Below are positions 7,406 to 18,135 of a DNA stretch of 64,000 bases, one piece after another; position 1 is the stretch's first letter; every line of letters begins with the position of its first letter. Below the pieces are notes generated by a model. The model had not been told where the DNA came from and searched no databases. It saw only the letters and a program-made list of their open reading frames with translations. This stretch comes from Minisyncoccota bacterium. GTDB lineage: Bacteria > Patescibacteriota > Minisyncoccia > UBA6257 > JAGOQP01. The stretch lies in the NCBI GenBank assembly GCA_041661795.1, contig JBAZTS010000001.1, positions 124,161-188,160 of the forward strand, in the 5' to 3' direction. A program made the position numbers and the translations under genes.

Positions 7406-9574
7406 TCAATTTTTATCCTCCAATTTCAATGATAATATTTTTGAAGCTCCCGACTCATCCATTGTTACGCCGTAAAGAACATCGGCTGATTCCATAATTA
7501 CTCTATTGTGGGTAACAATTATAAATTGACTGTGAGAAGAAAAGTTTTTTATTAAGTCGGAAAATCTTTTTGAATTCTTTTCATCCAAAGCCGAATCGGC
7601 TTCATCTAAAACCAAGAAAGGCGGAGGACTGACTGAGATTAAGGCAAATAAAACAGCCAAAGAGACCAAACTCTTCTCACCTCCGGAAAGCATTTCTAAG
7701 CTGGTTATTTTCTTCTGAGGGATAGAAAGGTCTATATCTATTCCGAAAGGAACTTCTTTTTCTTCTTCCGTTTCCTTCTCTAAAATTTCTACGCCATCCT
7801 CTATTTTTTCTTCGCTGATCTCTTTTTTAATGAGCTTCATCTTGGCATGACCCCCTCCAAACATAACCCTAAAGAAAGTATGAAATTCTTCATTGACCCG
7901 TAAGAAAGATTCTCTGAATTCACTGTTGATTTTATCGTTTAATTCGTTAATTGCCAAAGAAAGATTTTCTATGGCTCCCGATAAATCGTTTGATTCTTTG
8001 TTCAAAAAATTATAATGAGATTCAACTTCCTGGGCTTCGTTGACTATTGACTGGTCTATTTCTCCTATACTGGCTAATTCTCCTCTCAGACGGAGCATTT
8101 TTTTCTCTATAATTCCTATTTCTTCATCAGAAAAGGAATAATTATAAGACGGGCTAATAGCTATATCTTCAAATGTTTTAAAGTGTTTTCCAATTGAATG
8201 TATCTGATTTTTTATGTCTTCAAGGCGATAAGATATCTTTTCTTCCTCAAAAATTATCTTTTCCTTGTCTCGTTCAAAATTTTGGAGCCGATTCCTTGAA
8301 GATTCAAGATTTTCAAAAGCCGACCTGAACTTAGAATTAAACTCTTCTAATTGTTTTGACTGGGAAAACTCTTTTTCTTCAAGAAGGGATATTTCTTTTT
8401 CTATTTGGTCTATCTGTTTCTTTATCTCATCTCTTTTCTTCTCTACCGTTGAGATGTCGTGTTTTTGTCCGGAATCTTTATCCAAAAGACCATTTAATTC
8501 ATTTATAATTTTTTTAATAAATTGTCTTATTTCTTCTATGTCATTTTCTTCTAAAACAGAATTGAGCTTATTTTTTATATTGCTAATTCTTTTTTCTATT
8601 TCATCAAAAGAAGCCCTTTGACCGACTTGTTTTATAACAAATTCAATTTCCGCTTCAATCCTAAAGAATTCTTTTTCCAATAAAGATTTCTTTTCAAAAA
8701 GGCCCTTTTTTTCTTTTTGTCCAGAAGAAACATCTCCAGAGACAACTTGTTGGTCTTCTATTTTTTTTAACTCTTTTTCGGCCTGAGAAACTTCTAAAGA
8801 GGCCTCTTTTGTTTGATTGAGTAAACTTTCAAGAGGACTTTTAGCTTTTTCTTTTAAACCGATAAGATTTTTTATTTTGAAGGAAAAATATTTGTTTTCG
8901 AGATCTTCTAACTCCTTATCCACTTCAAATCTCTTTTCCCATCTGGAAGTTTGTTTTTTAAGCATTCTTAAACGCGGAGCTGCTTCTCCCATCATGGCGC
9001 TTATCTTTTCCAGATTTATCCTTGTATTTTTTAATTTTCTCTCCGCTTCATTCTTCTTAAGCTGATATTCTTTCAGACCCAAGATTTCCTGAACCATCAT
9101 CATTCTTTCGGTCGGAGTAGCTTTAACAAAAATATCTCCTGCCCCTTGTCCAATAATAGTTAAACCCTTAGTGCCCAATTTTATTTTGGAGAAAAAATCT
9201 ATGATGTCTTTTAAGCGAACTTCAGAATCGTTAATAAAATATTTGGAATCGGAGTTCCTGTTAATGCTTCTGGAAACCACCACTTCTTTAAAATCAACCG
9301 GAATGTTTCCTTTAGAATTATCAAAAACTAAGCTCACTTGAGCCATAGACATTTTCTGTTTTTTAGCCGTTCCGGAAAAAATCAAATCCTCAATTTTTGC
9401 TCCTCTAAGATTCTTCGCCTCTCTTTCGCCTAAAAGCCACCTGATGGCATCAATGACGTTGGATTTTCCGGATCCGTTAGGTCCGACAATAGAAACTATG
9501 CCTGCAGGAAACTCAAAGACAGTTTTTGAGGCAAATGACTTAAAACCGTTAATTTCAAGACGCTTTAGAAACAT
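7406..9574 (-). CDS. smc: SMC-family ATPase, short (722 aa)
   Basis: GFKSF, GPNGSGKSN, LSGGE, LDEADSALD, VTH; adjacent to rnc. Confidence 0.9.
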   Translation of the reverse strand: MFLKRLEINGFKSFASKTVFEFPAGIVSIVGPNGSGKSNVIDAIRWLLGEREAKNLRGAKIEDLIFSGTAKKQKMSMAQVSLVFDNSKGNIPVDFKEVVVSRSINRNSDSKYFINDSEVRLKDIIDFFSKIKLGTKGLTIIGQGAGDIFVKATPTERMMMVQEILGLKEYQLKKNEAERKLKNTRINLEKISAMMGEAAPRLRMLKKQTSRWEKRFEVDKELEDLENKYFSFKIKNLIGLKEKAKSPLESLLNQTKEASLEVSQAEKELKKIEDQQVVSGDVSSGQKEKKGLFEKKSLLEKEFFRIEAEIEFVIKQVGQRASFDEIEKRISNIKNKLNSVLEENDIEEIRQFIKKIINELNGLLDKDSGQKHDISTVEKKRDEIKKQIDQIEKEISLLEEKEFSQSKQLEEFNSKFRSAFENLESSRNRLQNFERDKEKIIFEEEKISYRLEDIKNQIHSIGKHFKTFEDIAISPSYNYSFSDEEIGIIEKKMLRLRGELASIGEIDQSIVNEAQEVESHYNFLNKESNDLSGAIENLSLAINELNDKINSEFRESFLRVNEEFHTFFRVMFGGGHAKMKLIKKEISEEKIEDGVEILEKETEEEKEVPFGIDIDLSIPQKKITSLEMLSGGEKSLVSLAVLFALISVSPPPFLVLDEADSALDEKNSKRFSDLIKNFSSHSQFIIVTHNRVIMESADVLYGVTMDESGASKILSLKLEDKN

Positions 9575-10247
9575 AAGAAAGGGCTTTTTTGGCAGCTTCT
9601 ACTTCGGCCTCTTGTTTTGAAAAACCTTCTCCTTGGGCCAACTCTTCTTCTCCTATAAAAACTCCTACTTTAAAAATTTTTTTGTGGTCAGGACCGGATT
9701 CTTCTAAAACTTGATAATTGGGAGTGATTTTATATTTTTCTTGGGCAATTTCTTGGAAAAAACTTTTGGCATCTCTATATGAACCTTTTTCTATAACTTC
9801 TGAAGCTTTGGAAAAGACGTATTTTTCTATAAATCGAGCTGACGTTTCGTAGCCACTATCTAAATATATGGCTCCAATAAGAGCTTCAAAAGCATTGGCT
9901 AAAATAACATCTCTGGCTTTGCCTATGTCTTTGGATTCGCCTTTGGACATTGAAAGAAAATCTCCCAAATTTATTCCTTTGCCCGCTTCTGATAAAAAAA
10001 TGTAATTAACCAAAGCTGCTCGAACACTGGTAAGATACCCCTCATCTTTGTCGGGATAAGAAGCAAAAAGTTTCTCGGTAATAATCATTTCCAAAACAGC
10101 GTCACCTAAAAATTCAAGACGCTCATTGTGAGAAATTCCCCAAGAAGGATTTTCGTTAAGATAAGATCTGTGAGTTAAAGCTTCTTTTAATAATTCCTCG
10201 TTTTTGAAGCTAACGTCAATTTTTTCCTGAAATTCAGATAAATTCAT
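9555..10247 (-). CDS. rnc: Ribonuclease III
   Basis: NERLEFLGDAVL, AFEALIGAIYLD, C-terminal dsRBD. Confidence 0.97.
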   Translation of the reverse strand: MNLSEFQEKIDVSFKNEELLKEALTHRSYLNENPSWGISHNERLEFLGDAVLEMIITEKLFASYPDKDEGYLTSVRAALVNYIFLSEAGKGINLGDFLSMSKGESKDIGKARDVILANAFEALIGAIYLDSGYETSARFIEKYVFSKASEVIEKGSYRDAKSFFQEIAQEKYKITPNYQVLEESGPDHKKIFKVGVFIGEEELAQGEGFSKQEAEVEAAKKALSYVSKAS

Positions 10248-10678
10248 TATTCCTTTTCAACTTCTTCTAAATGTTTAAATACAGTGCCCAAAACTCCATT
10301 AACAAATTTTCCTGAATTTATGCCTCCGTAATTTTTAGCTAATTCTATGGATTCATTAATAGCCACTTTATAAGGAACTTCATTTCTGTCGGCGAAAACC
10401 AATTCATAGACCCCTATTCTTAGAACATTTCTGTCAATTAAAGATATCTGTTCAAATGGCCATTCAATAGCAGAAGTGGAAATTATTTTATCAACCTCAC
10501 TAATACGCTGAACTATCCCATTAACCAATTTCCAAACAAATTCGGGCTCGTTAATCCCGGGGCCAAACTCATCCATATTTCTCTGGACAATAGCCACCAA
10601 ATCGGAGGATTTTTCTGAAAAATCCCACTCATATAGAGATTGAAGAACTATAGAACGAGCTAAGTGTCTAGTGGCCAT
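10247..10678 (-). CDS. nusB: Transcription antitermination factor NusB
   Basis: [32 protein letters not shown]; start moved to 10678 because rpmF occupies the upstream part. Confidence 0.95.
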   Translation of the reverse strand: MATRHLARSIVLQSLYEWDFSEKSSDLVAIVQRNMDEFGPGINEPEFVWKLVNGIVQRISEVDKIISTSAIEWPFEQISLIDRNVLRIGVYELVFADRNEVPYKVAINESIELAKNYGGINSGKFVNGVLGTVFKHLEEVEKE

Positions 10679-10697
10679 ATTGAAAATTGGTAAAAAA

Positions 10698-10871
10698 TTA
10701 TTTTGTAACTTTTTTACCTCGGTAGAATCCGCAGTTGGCGCAGGACTTATGAGGCATAGTCGGATGTTTGCATTTTGGACAAACAAGTAACTTAGCCACT
10801 TTTAGGGCGTGATGAGATCTGCGTCTACCTGTTTTTGAACGGGTATGATGTTTTGTCGGTACTCCTCCCAT
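10698..10871 (-). CDS. rpmF: 50S ribosomal protein L32 (not in ORF track)
   Basis: Hand translation [57 protein letters not shown]. Confidence 0.95.
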   Translation of the reverse strand: MGGVPTKHHTRSKTGRRRSHHALKVAKLLVCPKCKHPTMPHKSCANCGFYRGKKVTK

Positions 10872-10874
10872 AGT

Positions 10875-10952
10875 TAGAGAATAGTGATTAGAGAATAGTG
10901 GATAGAAATTACTGATATGAAACTTGCACTACACGCTATCCCCTAAACGCTA
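10875..10952. repeat. Intergenic inverted heptamer array
   Basis: TAGAGAA TAGTGAT TAGAGAA TAGTGGA TAGAAAT ... CTACACG CTATCCC CTAAACG CTA. Confidence 0.7.
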
Positions 10953-11708
10953 TCTTGATTTAATATTATTGTACTTACCTATAAAAGTCAACCGGTGAAT
11001 TTTGGAAGGACCGTGTTTTTTGATGGCCTCTATGTGCTTTTTGGTTCCATATCCCTTGTGATGGTCAAATCCGTATTGAGGATATTTTTTGTGCAATTTG
11101 GTGATGTATTTGTCTCGGGTAATTTTAGCAACAATAGAAGCCAGAGACACAGCCGGAACTTTTTCATCGGCTTTGGGGAAATTTTTGAAAGTTAAATTCG
11201 TATGTTTATATTTCTTTATACTTTCATATTTCTGAATATTTATTTTTAAACTCCCATCAGCAATCACTTCACCATTACATTTAGAACGATCGTTCAAAAT
11301 GTAATGGTAGGATAATTTGTCTGACTTTCTCAATCTTTTCATTTTAACCATTGTTTTCTCAAATGCTTTTTGGGCGGCTAAATTACAAGCATTGCTGATA
11401 TTAATACCATCAATCTTTTTCTCGTTAACCCAAGCGCAGGAAAAAATAATTTTATTTTTCTTCACCCAAGAGAACCACTTGTATCTTTGCTTTTCTGAAA
11501 GATTTTTAGAGTCGGCCAGTTTGCGCGGATAATTGTATACCGTATACCGCCTGCCTGCCGGTAGGCATGGTATACCGTAATGCTTATACAGTTTTGATAA
11601 TTTTCTGTTTAAATCAAAAGATAAAATCACACATCCAACATAAACTCTACCGGCCAGTGGTCCCCGCCCGACCTCGTCTATACCGATAACATAGTCAATT
11701 TTTTTCAT
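10950..11708 (-). CDS. rnhB: Ribonuclease HII
   Basis: GIDEVGRGPLAG, ADSK, KAD..VSLASIVAK, HKGYGT; repeat-derived insertion. Confidence 0.95.
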   Translation of the reverse strand: MKKIDYVIGIDEVGRGPLAGRVYVGCVILSFDLNRKLSKLYKHYGIPCLPAGRRYTVYNYPRKLADSKNLSEKQRYKWFSWVKKNKIIFSCAWVNEKKIDGINISNACNLAAQKAFEKTMVKMKRLRKSDKLSYHYILNDRSKCNGEVIADGSLKINIQKYESIKKYKHTNLTFKNFPKADEKVPAVSLASIVAKITRDKYITKLHKKYPQYGFDHHKGYGTKKHIEAIKKHGPSKIHRLTFIGKYNNIKSR

Positions 11709-11813
11709 ATATAACGTCAATTAATTATATAGGAAAACGCCAAATATTTCTCTTTGCTTTTATTGCCCTGCTTGTCTTATAATAAACACAAGAATTTATA
11801 TTTTCTTAACCTT

Positions 11814-14800
11814 ATGTCTGATTTTGTTCATCTACACAACCACAGTCATTATTCCCTCTTAGATGGTTTAGCTAAGATAGATGACATAATTAAAAGGGCC
11901 AAGGATTTGGGGATGGAAGCAATCGCCTTGACTGACCACGGAAACCTTTACGGAGCCATAGAATTTTATAAAAAAGCAAAAAAAGAAGGAATAAAACCGA
12001 TTTTAGGAGTGGAGGCATATTTAGCCCCAAAAAGCCGTTTTGATAAAAATTCAGAAGACGCAGAAAAGTATTATCACATCACTTTACTGGCAAAGAATAA
12101 CGCGGGCTGGAAAAATCTTTTAAAACTTATAACCAAAGCCAACATGGAGGGTTTTTATTATAAACCCAGAATAGACAAAGAGCTTCTGGAAAAACACAAG
12201 GAGGGGTTAATCGTTCTTTCCGGATGTGCCTCAGGAGAAATTTCCAGTTTAATAGGAAAAAATAAATATCAGGAAGCCAGGCAAGCGGTTCAGTACTATA
12301 AAAATCTTTTTGGAGAAGATTTTTATATGGAAATCTGGCACCAGCCAAAAATAAAAGAAATTCAAGAAAGAATTCCTCTTATAGTCAAACTGGCTCAGGA
12401 AGAAGACGTTCCCCTGGTGGCTACCGGCGATATACATTACGCAAGAAAAGAAGATGCTTTTTATCATGACATACTTTTAGCGGTTCAAACTGGAAATAAA
12501 ATAACCGATGACGATAGATTAACTCTAAAAGCCGGTGAATTTTTTATAAAATCAAAAGAAGAAATTGAAGAGGCCTTTAAAGATTATCCAGAAGCGATAG
12601 CAAACACAAAAAAAATAGCTGACAAATGTAACGTTGAAATAACGTTAGGAAAAACCATACTCCCAAGTTTTCCCATCCCGGAGGGAGAAACTAGTTTTTC
12701 TTATTTAAAAAAATTGGTAGACCAAAAAATGCACAATCGATTTGAAGAAACCACTCCTGAAATACAAAAACGGCTTGATTACGAAATGTCTGTTATAGAA
12801 AAAACTGGATTTTCCGATTACTTTCTTATTGTTCAGGATTTTGTTAACTGGGCCAAAGAAAGAAAAATAGTGGTAGGTCCAGGAAGAGGAAGTGCCGCCG
12901 GGAGCATAGTTTCTTATATCCTAAGAATCACCGAGGTAGACCCGATTAAATACAACCTGCTTTTTGAAAGATTCTTAAATCCAGACAGAATTCAAATGCC
13001 CGATATTGATTTGGACTTTACGGATGTCAGGCGTGATGAAGTAATGGGATATCTAAAGGAGAAATACGGAGATGATAAAGTGGCTCAAATAATAACGTTT
13101 GGAACTATGGCTTCAAGAGCTTCCATCAGGGATTCAGGAAGAGCTTTAGGGTTTTCCTACGGATTCTGCGACCAGCTTGCCAAATTAATTCCTTTTAATT
13201 TTAGTTTAGATGATTCATTAAAAAAAGTTGAAGAATTTAAAAAACTTTACGAAGAAAACACCGATGCCAGAAAATTAATAGACGCCGCCAGAAAACTTGA
13301 AGGTGTTGTAAGGCACGCTTCGGTTCACGCCTGTGGAATAGTTATTTCAAAAGAATCGTTAACTGAATACATGCCCTTGCAATTTGCCCCTCAAGACACC
13401 AGCACCGTCATTACCCAGTTTGAAATGCATGCGATAGAAGATTTGGGGCTTTTAAAAATGGACTTGCTTGGATTAAAAAATCTAACCATTATAGAAAACA
13501 CACTACGGCTGGTTAAAGACATTCAAAACGTTTCCATAGATATATCCCAAATAACCTTAGAAGATAAAAAAACTTTTGAAACATTGCAAAGAGCCGACAC
13601 TACCGGGGTTTTTCAACTTGAATCAAGCGGAATGAGGAGATATTTAAAGGAGCTTGTTCCCACAGAATTGGAAGACATAATCGCCATGGTAGCTCTGTAT
13701 CGCCCGGGACCAATAGAGCTTATTCCCCAATACATCGCAAGAAAACACGGCAAAGAAAAAGTTGTTTACTTGCACTCAAAACTTGAGCCCATACTTTCAA
13801 AAACATATGGAATAGGGATTTATCAGGAACAGATGATGCAGATAGCTAAAGATCTGGCCGGGTTTACATTGGCCGAAGCCGATATCCTAAGAAAAGCTAT
13901 TGGCAAAAAAATAAAAGAACTTTTGGATCAGCAAAAAGAAAAGCTTCTGGATGGGATGAATAAAAATGACATTGACGAAAAGACAGCAATAAAAATTTGG
14001 GAACTTTTTCCGCCTTTTGCCAGATACGGATTTAATAGAAGCCATGCTGTCTGCTATGCCCTAATTGCCTACCAGACCGCTTATTTAAAGACCCACTTCC
14101 CCATTGAGTTTATGACTAGCTTATTTAATAACGACTCTTCTGATATGGAAAGAATCTCACTCTTGGTGTCAGAAGCAAAAAAAATGGGAACGGAAACGCT
14201 TCCTCCGGATATCAATCAAAGTTTTTCACAATTTACCCCTGATGGAAAAAATATAAGATTTGGATTAAATGCCATAAAAAATGTCGGCTCTAATATAGTA
14301 TCGGCCATTATAGAAGAAAGACAAAGAGGAGGTCCGTTTTTAAGTATTGAAGATGTCTTATCAAGAGTGCTCCATAAAGATTTAAACAAAAAATCTTTAG
14401 AGAGCTTGATAAAAGCCGGAGTTTTTGACAGTTTGAACATAGAACGCAATCAGATGTTAAAGAACATAGATAAGGTTATTGTCTTTTCCCAAGGAATCAG
14501 AAAACATAGCGGTCTTTTACAAAACAATCTTTTTGGAAGCATGAGTAAACAAGCCAGATTGGTTTTAGAAAAGATGCCGGAAGCCACCAAAGAAGAAAAA
14601 CTTTTCTGGGAAAAAGAACTGATGGGATTTTATGTTTCCGACCATCCTTTAAAAAAGTATCAGAATGTTTTTGAAAAGAAAAAGGCCTATCCAATCAGAA
14701 AAATAATTGATTATATAAACTCCGGTCATGGGACAAGGTCAGTTAGGTTGGGCGGAATAATAACCAATATTAAGAGAATTATATCCAAAAACAATAGACC

Positions 14801-14981
14801 TATCGCATTTGCAAAAATAGAAGATATCAACGATACTTTAGAAGTCATAGTTTTTTCCGATATTTTAGAGAAAAATCCCCAAATTTGGCAGGAAAATAAC
14901 ATAGTAATAATCCAAGGAAAACCATCATTAAGAGACAACGAACCAAAAATAATAGTGGAAGAAGCAGTGAAATTAAATTAA
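11814..14981 (+). CDS. dnaE: DNA polymerase III alpha subunit
   Basis: PHP HLHNHSHYSLLDG, GRGSAAGS, PDIDLDF, YGFNRSHA, C-terminal OB fold. Confidence 0.98.
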   Translation: MSDFVHLHNHSHYSLLDGLAKIDDIIKRAKDLGMEAIALTDHGNLYGAIEFYKKAKKEGIKPILGVEAYLAPKSRFDKNSEDAEKYYHITLLAKNNAGWKNLLKLITKANMEGFYYKPRIDKELLEKHKEGLIVLSGCASGEISSLIGKNKYQEARQAVQYYKNLFGEDFYMEIWHQPKIKEIQERIPLIVKLAQEEDVPLVATGDIHYARKEDAFYHDILLAVQTGNKITDDDRLTLKAGEFFIKSKEEIEEAFKDYPEAIANTKKIADKCNVEITLGKTILPSFPIPEGETSFSYLKKLVDQKMHNRFEETTPEIQKRLDYEMSVIEKTGFSDYFLIVQDFVNWAKERKIVVGPGRGSAAGSIVSYILRITEVDPIKYNLLFERFLNPDRIQMPDIDLDFTDVRRDEVMGYLKEKYGDDKVAQIITFGTMASRASIRDSGRALGFSYGFCDQLAKLIPFNFSLDDSLKKVEEFKKLYEENTDARKLIDAARKLEGVVRHASVHACGIVISKESLTEYMPLQFAPQDTSTVITQFEMHAIEDLGLLKMDLLGLKNLTIIENTLRLVKDIQNVSIDISQITLEDKKTFETLQRADTTGVFQLESSGMRRYLKELVPTELEDIIAMVALYRPGPIELIPQYIARKHGKEKVVYLHSKLEPILSKTYGIGIYQEQMMQIAKDLAGFTLAEADILRKAIGKKIKELLDQQKEKLLDGMNKNDIDEKTAIKIWELFPPFARYGFNRSHAVCYALIAYQTAYLKTHFPIEFMTSLFNNDSSDMERISLLVSEAKKMGTETLPPDINQSFSQFTPDGKNIRFGLNAIKNVGSNIVSAIIEERQRGGPFLSIEDVLSRVLHKDLNKKSLESLIKAGVFDSLNIERNQMLKNIDKVIVFSQGIRKHSGLLQNNLFGSMSKQARLVLEKMPEATKEEKLFWEKELMGFYVSDHPLKKYQNVFEKKKAYPIRKIIDYINSGHGTRSVRLGGIITNIKRIISKNNRPIAFAKIEDINDTLEVIVFSDILEKNPQIWQENNIVIIQGKPSLRDNEPKIIVEEAVKLN

Positions 14982-14989
14982 TATTTAAT

Positions 14990-16780
14990 ATGAAAAAACA
15001 AATAGAAAATAAAAAAGAAGAACAAATACATAAAATCAGGCACTCCTTGTCTCATTTGCTGGCGGCTGCGGTTTTGGAAAAGTGGCCAAAAACCAAACTG
15101 GCTATAGGACCGGTCATTGATAATGGTTTTTATTATGATTTTGACTTCCCTGCTCCGATAAGTGACAAAGATTTAGAATCCTTGGAAAAAAGAATGCGGG
15201 AGTTGGCAAGACAAAATTTGGATTTTACCAAAAAGAAAATAACGTTTATTCAGGCCAAAAAACTTTTTGTCAAAGCTTCTTATAAAATGGAGTTAATTAA
15301 AGAACTAAATCAAAAGAAATCATCTTTGAGCATTTACGAAACGTCTGTGGGAAAAGGAAAGTTGAAAAAAGAAGTATTTATGGATTTATGTTCCGGACCT
15401 CATGTTAATAATACCAATGAGATAAATTCCGAAGGATTAAAACTGACTCACTTGGCTGGAGCTTACTGGAGAGGAGACGAGAAAAATAAAATGCTCACTA
15501 GAATTTATGGAGTAGCTTTTGAAGACAAAAAAACTCTGAATGAGTATCTAAAGATGATGGAAGAAGCCGAGAAGAGAGATCATAGGAAATTGGGAAGAGA
15601 ATTAGACCTCTTTACTTTTTCAGAATATATCGGAAGCGGATTACCTTTGTACACTCCAAGAGGAGCTTTGATAAGAAGGCTATTAAATGATTATATAGAA
15701 AGTTTACAAGTAAAAGCTGGATATACACAAGTATGGACACCCCAGATAGCTAAAGCCGAACTTTTCAAAATTTCTGGACATTATGACAAGTATAAGAATG
15801 ATATGTTTAGAGTAGTTTCTAATTATTCAGACGAAGAATTCTACCTAAAGCCCATGAATTGTCCTCAACACACTCAAATATATAAGAGTCGGGCTAGAAG
15901 TTACAGAGATTTACCTATTAGATATACCGATTTTGCAATGCTTTACAGAGACGAGAGACCAGGAGAATTAAGCGGACTAGCCAGAGTAAGATCATTTTCT
16001 CAAGATGATTGCCATATTTTCTGTCGTGAAGATCAAGTTGATAAAGAAATAGATACTGCCTTAGAAATGACAAAAAAAGTAATGGGTATTTTTGGTTTTA
16101 AATATAAATACAGATTGTCAACGCGTGATCCAAAACATCCTGAAAAATACTTGGGCGATCCAAAAACCTGGGACAAAGTAGAGAAATGGGCAGAAAAAAT
16201 AATGAAGAGAAATAAGATAGAATACTTTGATGGTCCCGGTGAAGCTGCGTTCTATGCTCCAAAAATGGATTTAATCGCTACAGATGCTCTTGGCCGTGAT
16301 TGGCAACTCTCAACTGTCCAAATAGATTTTGTGTTTCCAGAAAGATTCGGATTAACTTATATAGACAAGGATGGTAAAGAAAAACATCCCGTGATGATTC
16401 ACAGAGCTATTATAGGTTCACCAGAAAGATTCATTATGGTGCTTTTAGAACATTATGCTGGAGCTTTTCCTTTGTGGTTGTCTCCTGTCCAAATTGAAGT
16501 AATTCCAGTTTCGGAAAAACATCTGAACTATGCCAAAGAAATAGAAGAAAAAATAAAAGAAAATGGAGCGAGGGTTGAAGTGGCCGATGCCAATGAAACA
16601 TTAGGAAAAAGAATAAGAGAAGCCGAGCTTCAAAAAATTCCTTATGTTTTAATTGTCGGCGATAAAGAAAAACAATCCAATTCTGTAAGCATTCGAAGCT
16701 ATAAAAAAGGACAAGAAGGAGAGATGAAAATAGATAAATTTATTGAGAAGATTGTAAAAGAGATAAAAAATAGGGAGTAA
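14990..16780 (+). CDS. thrS: Threonine--tRNA ligase
   Basis: RHSLSH, DLCSGPH, RDHRKLG, KPMNCP, HRAIIGSPERF. Confidence 0.98.
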   Translation: MKKQIENKKEEQIHKIRHSLSHLLAAAVLEKWPKTKLAIGPVIDNGFYYDFDFPAPISDKDLESLEKRMRELARQNLDFTKKKITFIQAKKLFVKASYKMELIKELNQKKSSLSIYETSVGKGKLKKEVFMDLCSGPHVNNTNEINSEGLKLTHLAGAYWRGDEKNKMLTRIYGVAFEDKKTLNEYLKMMEEAEKRDHRKLGRELDLFTFSEYIGSGLPLYTPRGALIRRLLNDYIESLQVKAGYTQVWTPQIAKAELFKISGHYDKYKNDMFRVVSNYSDEEFYLKPMNCPQHTQIYKSRARSYRDLPIRYTDFAMLYRDERPGELSGLARVRSFSQDDCHIFCREDQVDKEIDTALEMTKKVMGIFGFKYKYRLSTRDPKHPEKYLGDPKTWDKVEKWAEKIMKRNKIEYFDGPGEAAFYAPKMDLIATDALGRDWQLSTVQIDFVFPERFGLTYIDKDGKEKHPVMIHRAIIGSPERFIMVLLEHYAGAFPLWLSPVQIEVIPVSEKHLNYAKEIEEKIKENGARVEVADANETLGKRIREAELQKIPYVLIVGDKEKQSNSVSIRSYKKGQEGEMKIDKFIEKIVKEIKNRE

Positions 16781-16783
16781 TAA

Positions 16784-17686
16784 ATGAAAATCGGAAAGGT
16801 TATAGTTGTCTTAGGCCCAAACGCTTCTGGTAAGTCAGATTTGGCTGTTGAAATAGCTAAATTTATCAGACAAGCAGAGATAATTTCAGCCGACTCTCGC
16901 CAAGTTTACAAAGGATTTAATCTTACGGCAGGAACTGTCCCCTTAGATAAGAATTCCAATTATAAAAATATAAAACATCATCTTATAGCAGTAACTTCTC
17001 CCAAAAAGACATTTTCCGTTGCTCAATATCAAAAACTGGGAAGAAAAGTTATTCATAAAATATTAAAAGAGGATAAAGTTCCTATAATCTGCGGAGGTAC
17101 TGGGCTTTATATTGATTCATTGATTTATAACATCAACTTCCCCTCCGTAAAAGCCAATTTAAAACTTAGAAAACAACTGGAGAAATTACCAGCAGATGAG
17201 CTTTATAGAAGATTAAAAAAACTTGACCCCGGAAGATCTAAAAATATAGACAGATTTAACAAGAGACGTTTAATAAGAGCCATTGAAATAGTTACAGCCA
17301 CAGGAAAGCCAATAGGAAAAATAAGCAAAACTCCCCTGTTTAATACTTTAAAGATAGGAGTTTTGACAGATAAAGAAGATCATCATAAAAGGATATTAAA
17401 AAGAATAAAAGACAGAATCAAAAAAGGAATGCTAAAAGAGGTGGCAGATTTTCATAAAAATGGGCTTTCTTGGAAGCGTTTGGAGAGCTTTGGGTTAGAA
17501 TTTAAATGGATATCCAAATATCTCCAAAAACAAATCAACAAAAAAGAGATGGTAGATAATTTATATAAAGAAATATGCCAGTATGCCAAAAGGCAGATGA
17601 CTTGGTGGAGAAAGGATAAAGACATAGTTTGGATAAAGTCAAAAAAAGAACCCCTTAGCATCGCTAAGAGGTTCTTGAAAGAATAA
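16784..17686 (+). CDS. miaA: tRNA dimethylallyltransferase
   Basis: GPNASGKS, ISADSRQVY, GGTGLY, YAKRQMTW. Confidence 0.96.
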   Translation: MKIGKVIVVLGPNASGKSDLAVEIAKFIRQAEIISADSRQVYKGFNLTAGTVPLDKNSNYKNIKHHLIAVTSPKKTFSVAQYQKLGRKVIHKILKEDKVPIICGGTGLYIDSLIYNINFPSVKANLKLRKQLEKLPADELYRRLKKLDPGRSKNIDRFNKRRLIRAIEIVTATGKPIGKISKTPLFNTLKIGVLTDKEDHHKRILKRIKDRIKKGMLKEVADFHKNGLSWKRLESFGLEFKWISKYLQKQINKKEMVDNLYKEICQYAKRQMTWWRKDKDIVWIKSKKEPLSIAKRFLKE

Positions 17687-17692
17687 TCTTGA

Positions 17693-18118
17693 TTAAGCGG
17701 CCTTTCTTTCTTCTTCATCTTCTTCAGAAATCTCTGGTAATTTAGCTTCTATGCTCGGATATTCAACAAAATCGGAACTTCCCAAACTCTTTAGAGCTTC
17801 GTTGACTTCGTCGGTAAATCTATTGAGCATTTTTTGATAAAGAGGAATTTCTTCGTCTTTGATTTCCATAATAATAATCTCTCTTTTCAAAGATTCCGGG
17901 AATTTTTTTAGAGCCATTAAATACTGGCCCCTCTCTATGTTTGATTCGTTGGCCCCTAATATATCAGCCACACCTCCGAATTTTTCTTGAAGAGATTTGA
18001 AATACTTTGTAAAATTGGTTAATCCTTCTTCGTATTGTTTTATATCTTGAGCCAAATGTTTGGCAACCAGACCAACTTCGTAATCAAGACTCTCAAAACC
18101 ATTTTTTTCAATATTCAT
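17693..18118 (-). CDS. Hypothetical acidic protein
   Basis: 141-aa ORF directly after gatB, host-like composition. Confidence 0.65.
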   Translation of the reverse strand: MNIEKNGFESLDYEVGLVAKHLAQDIKQYEEGLTNFTKYFKSLQEKFGGVADILGANESNIERGQYLMALKKFPESLKREIIIMEIKDEEIPLYQKMLNRFTDEVNEALKSLGSSDFVEYPSIEAKLPEISEEDEEERKAA

Positions 18119-18135
18119 ATTTTTATTGTTAATTA

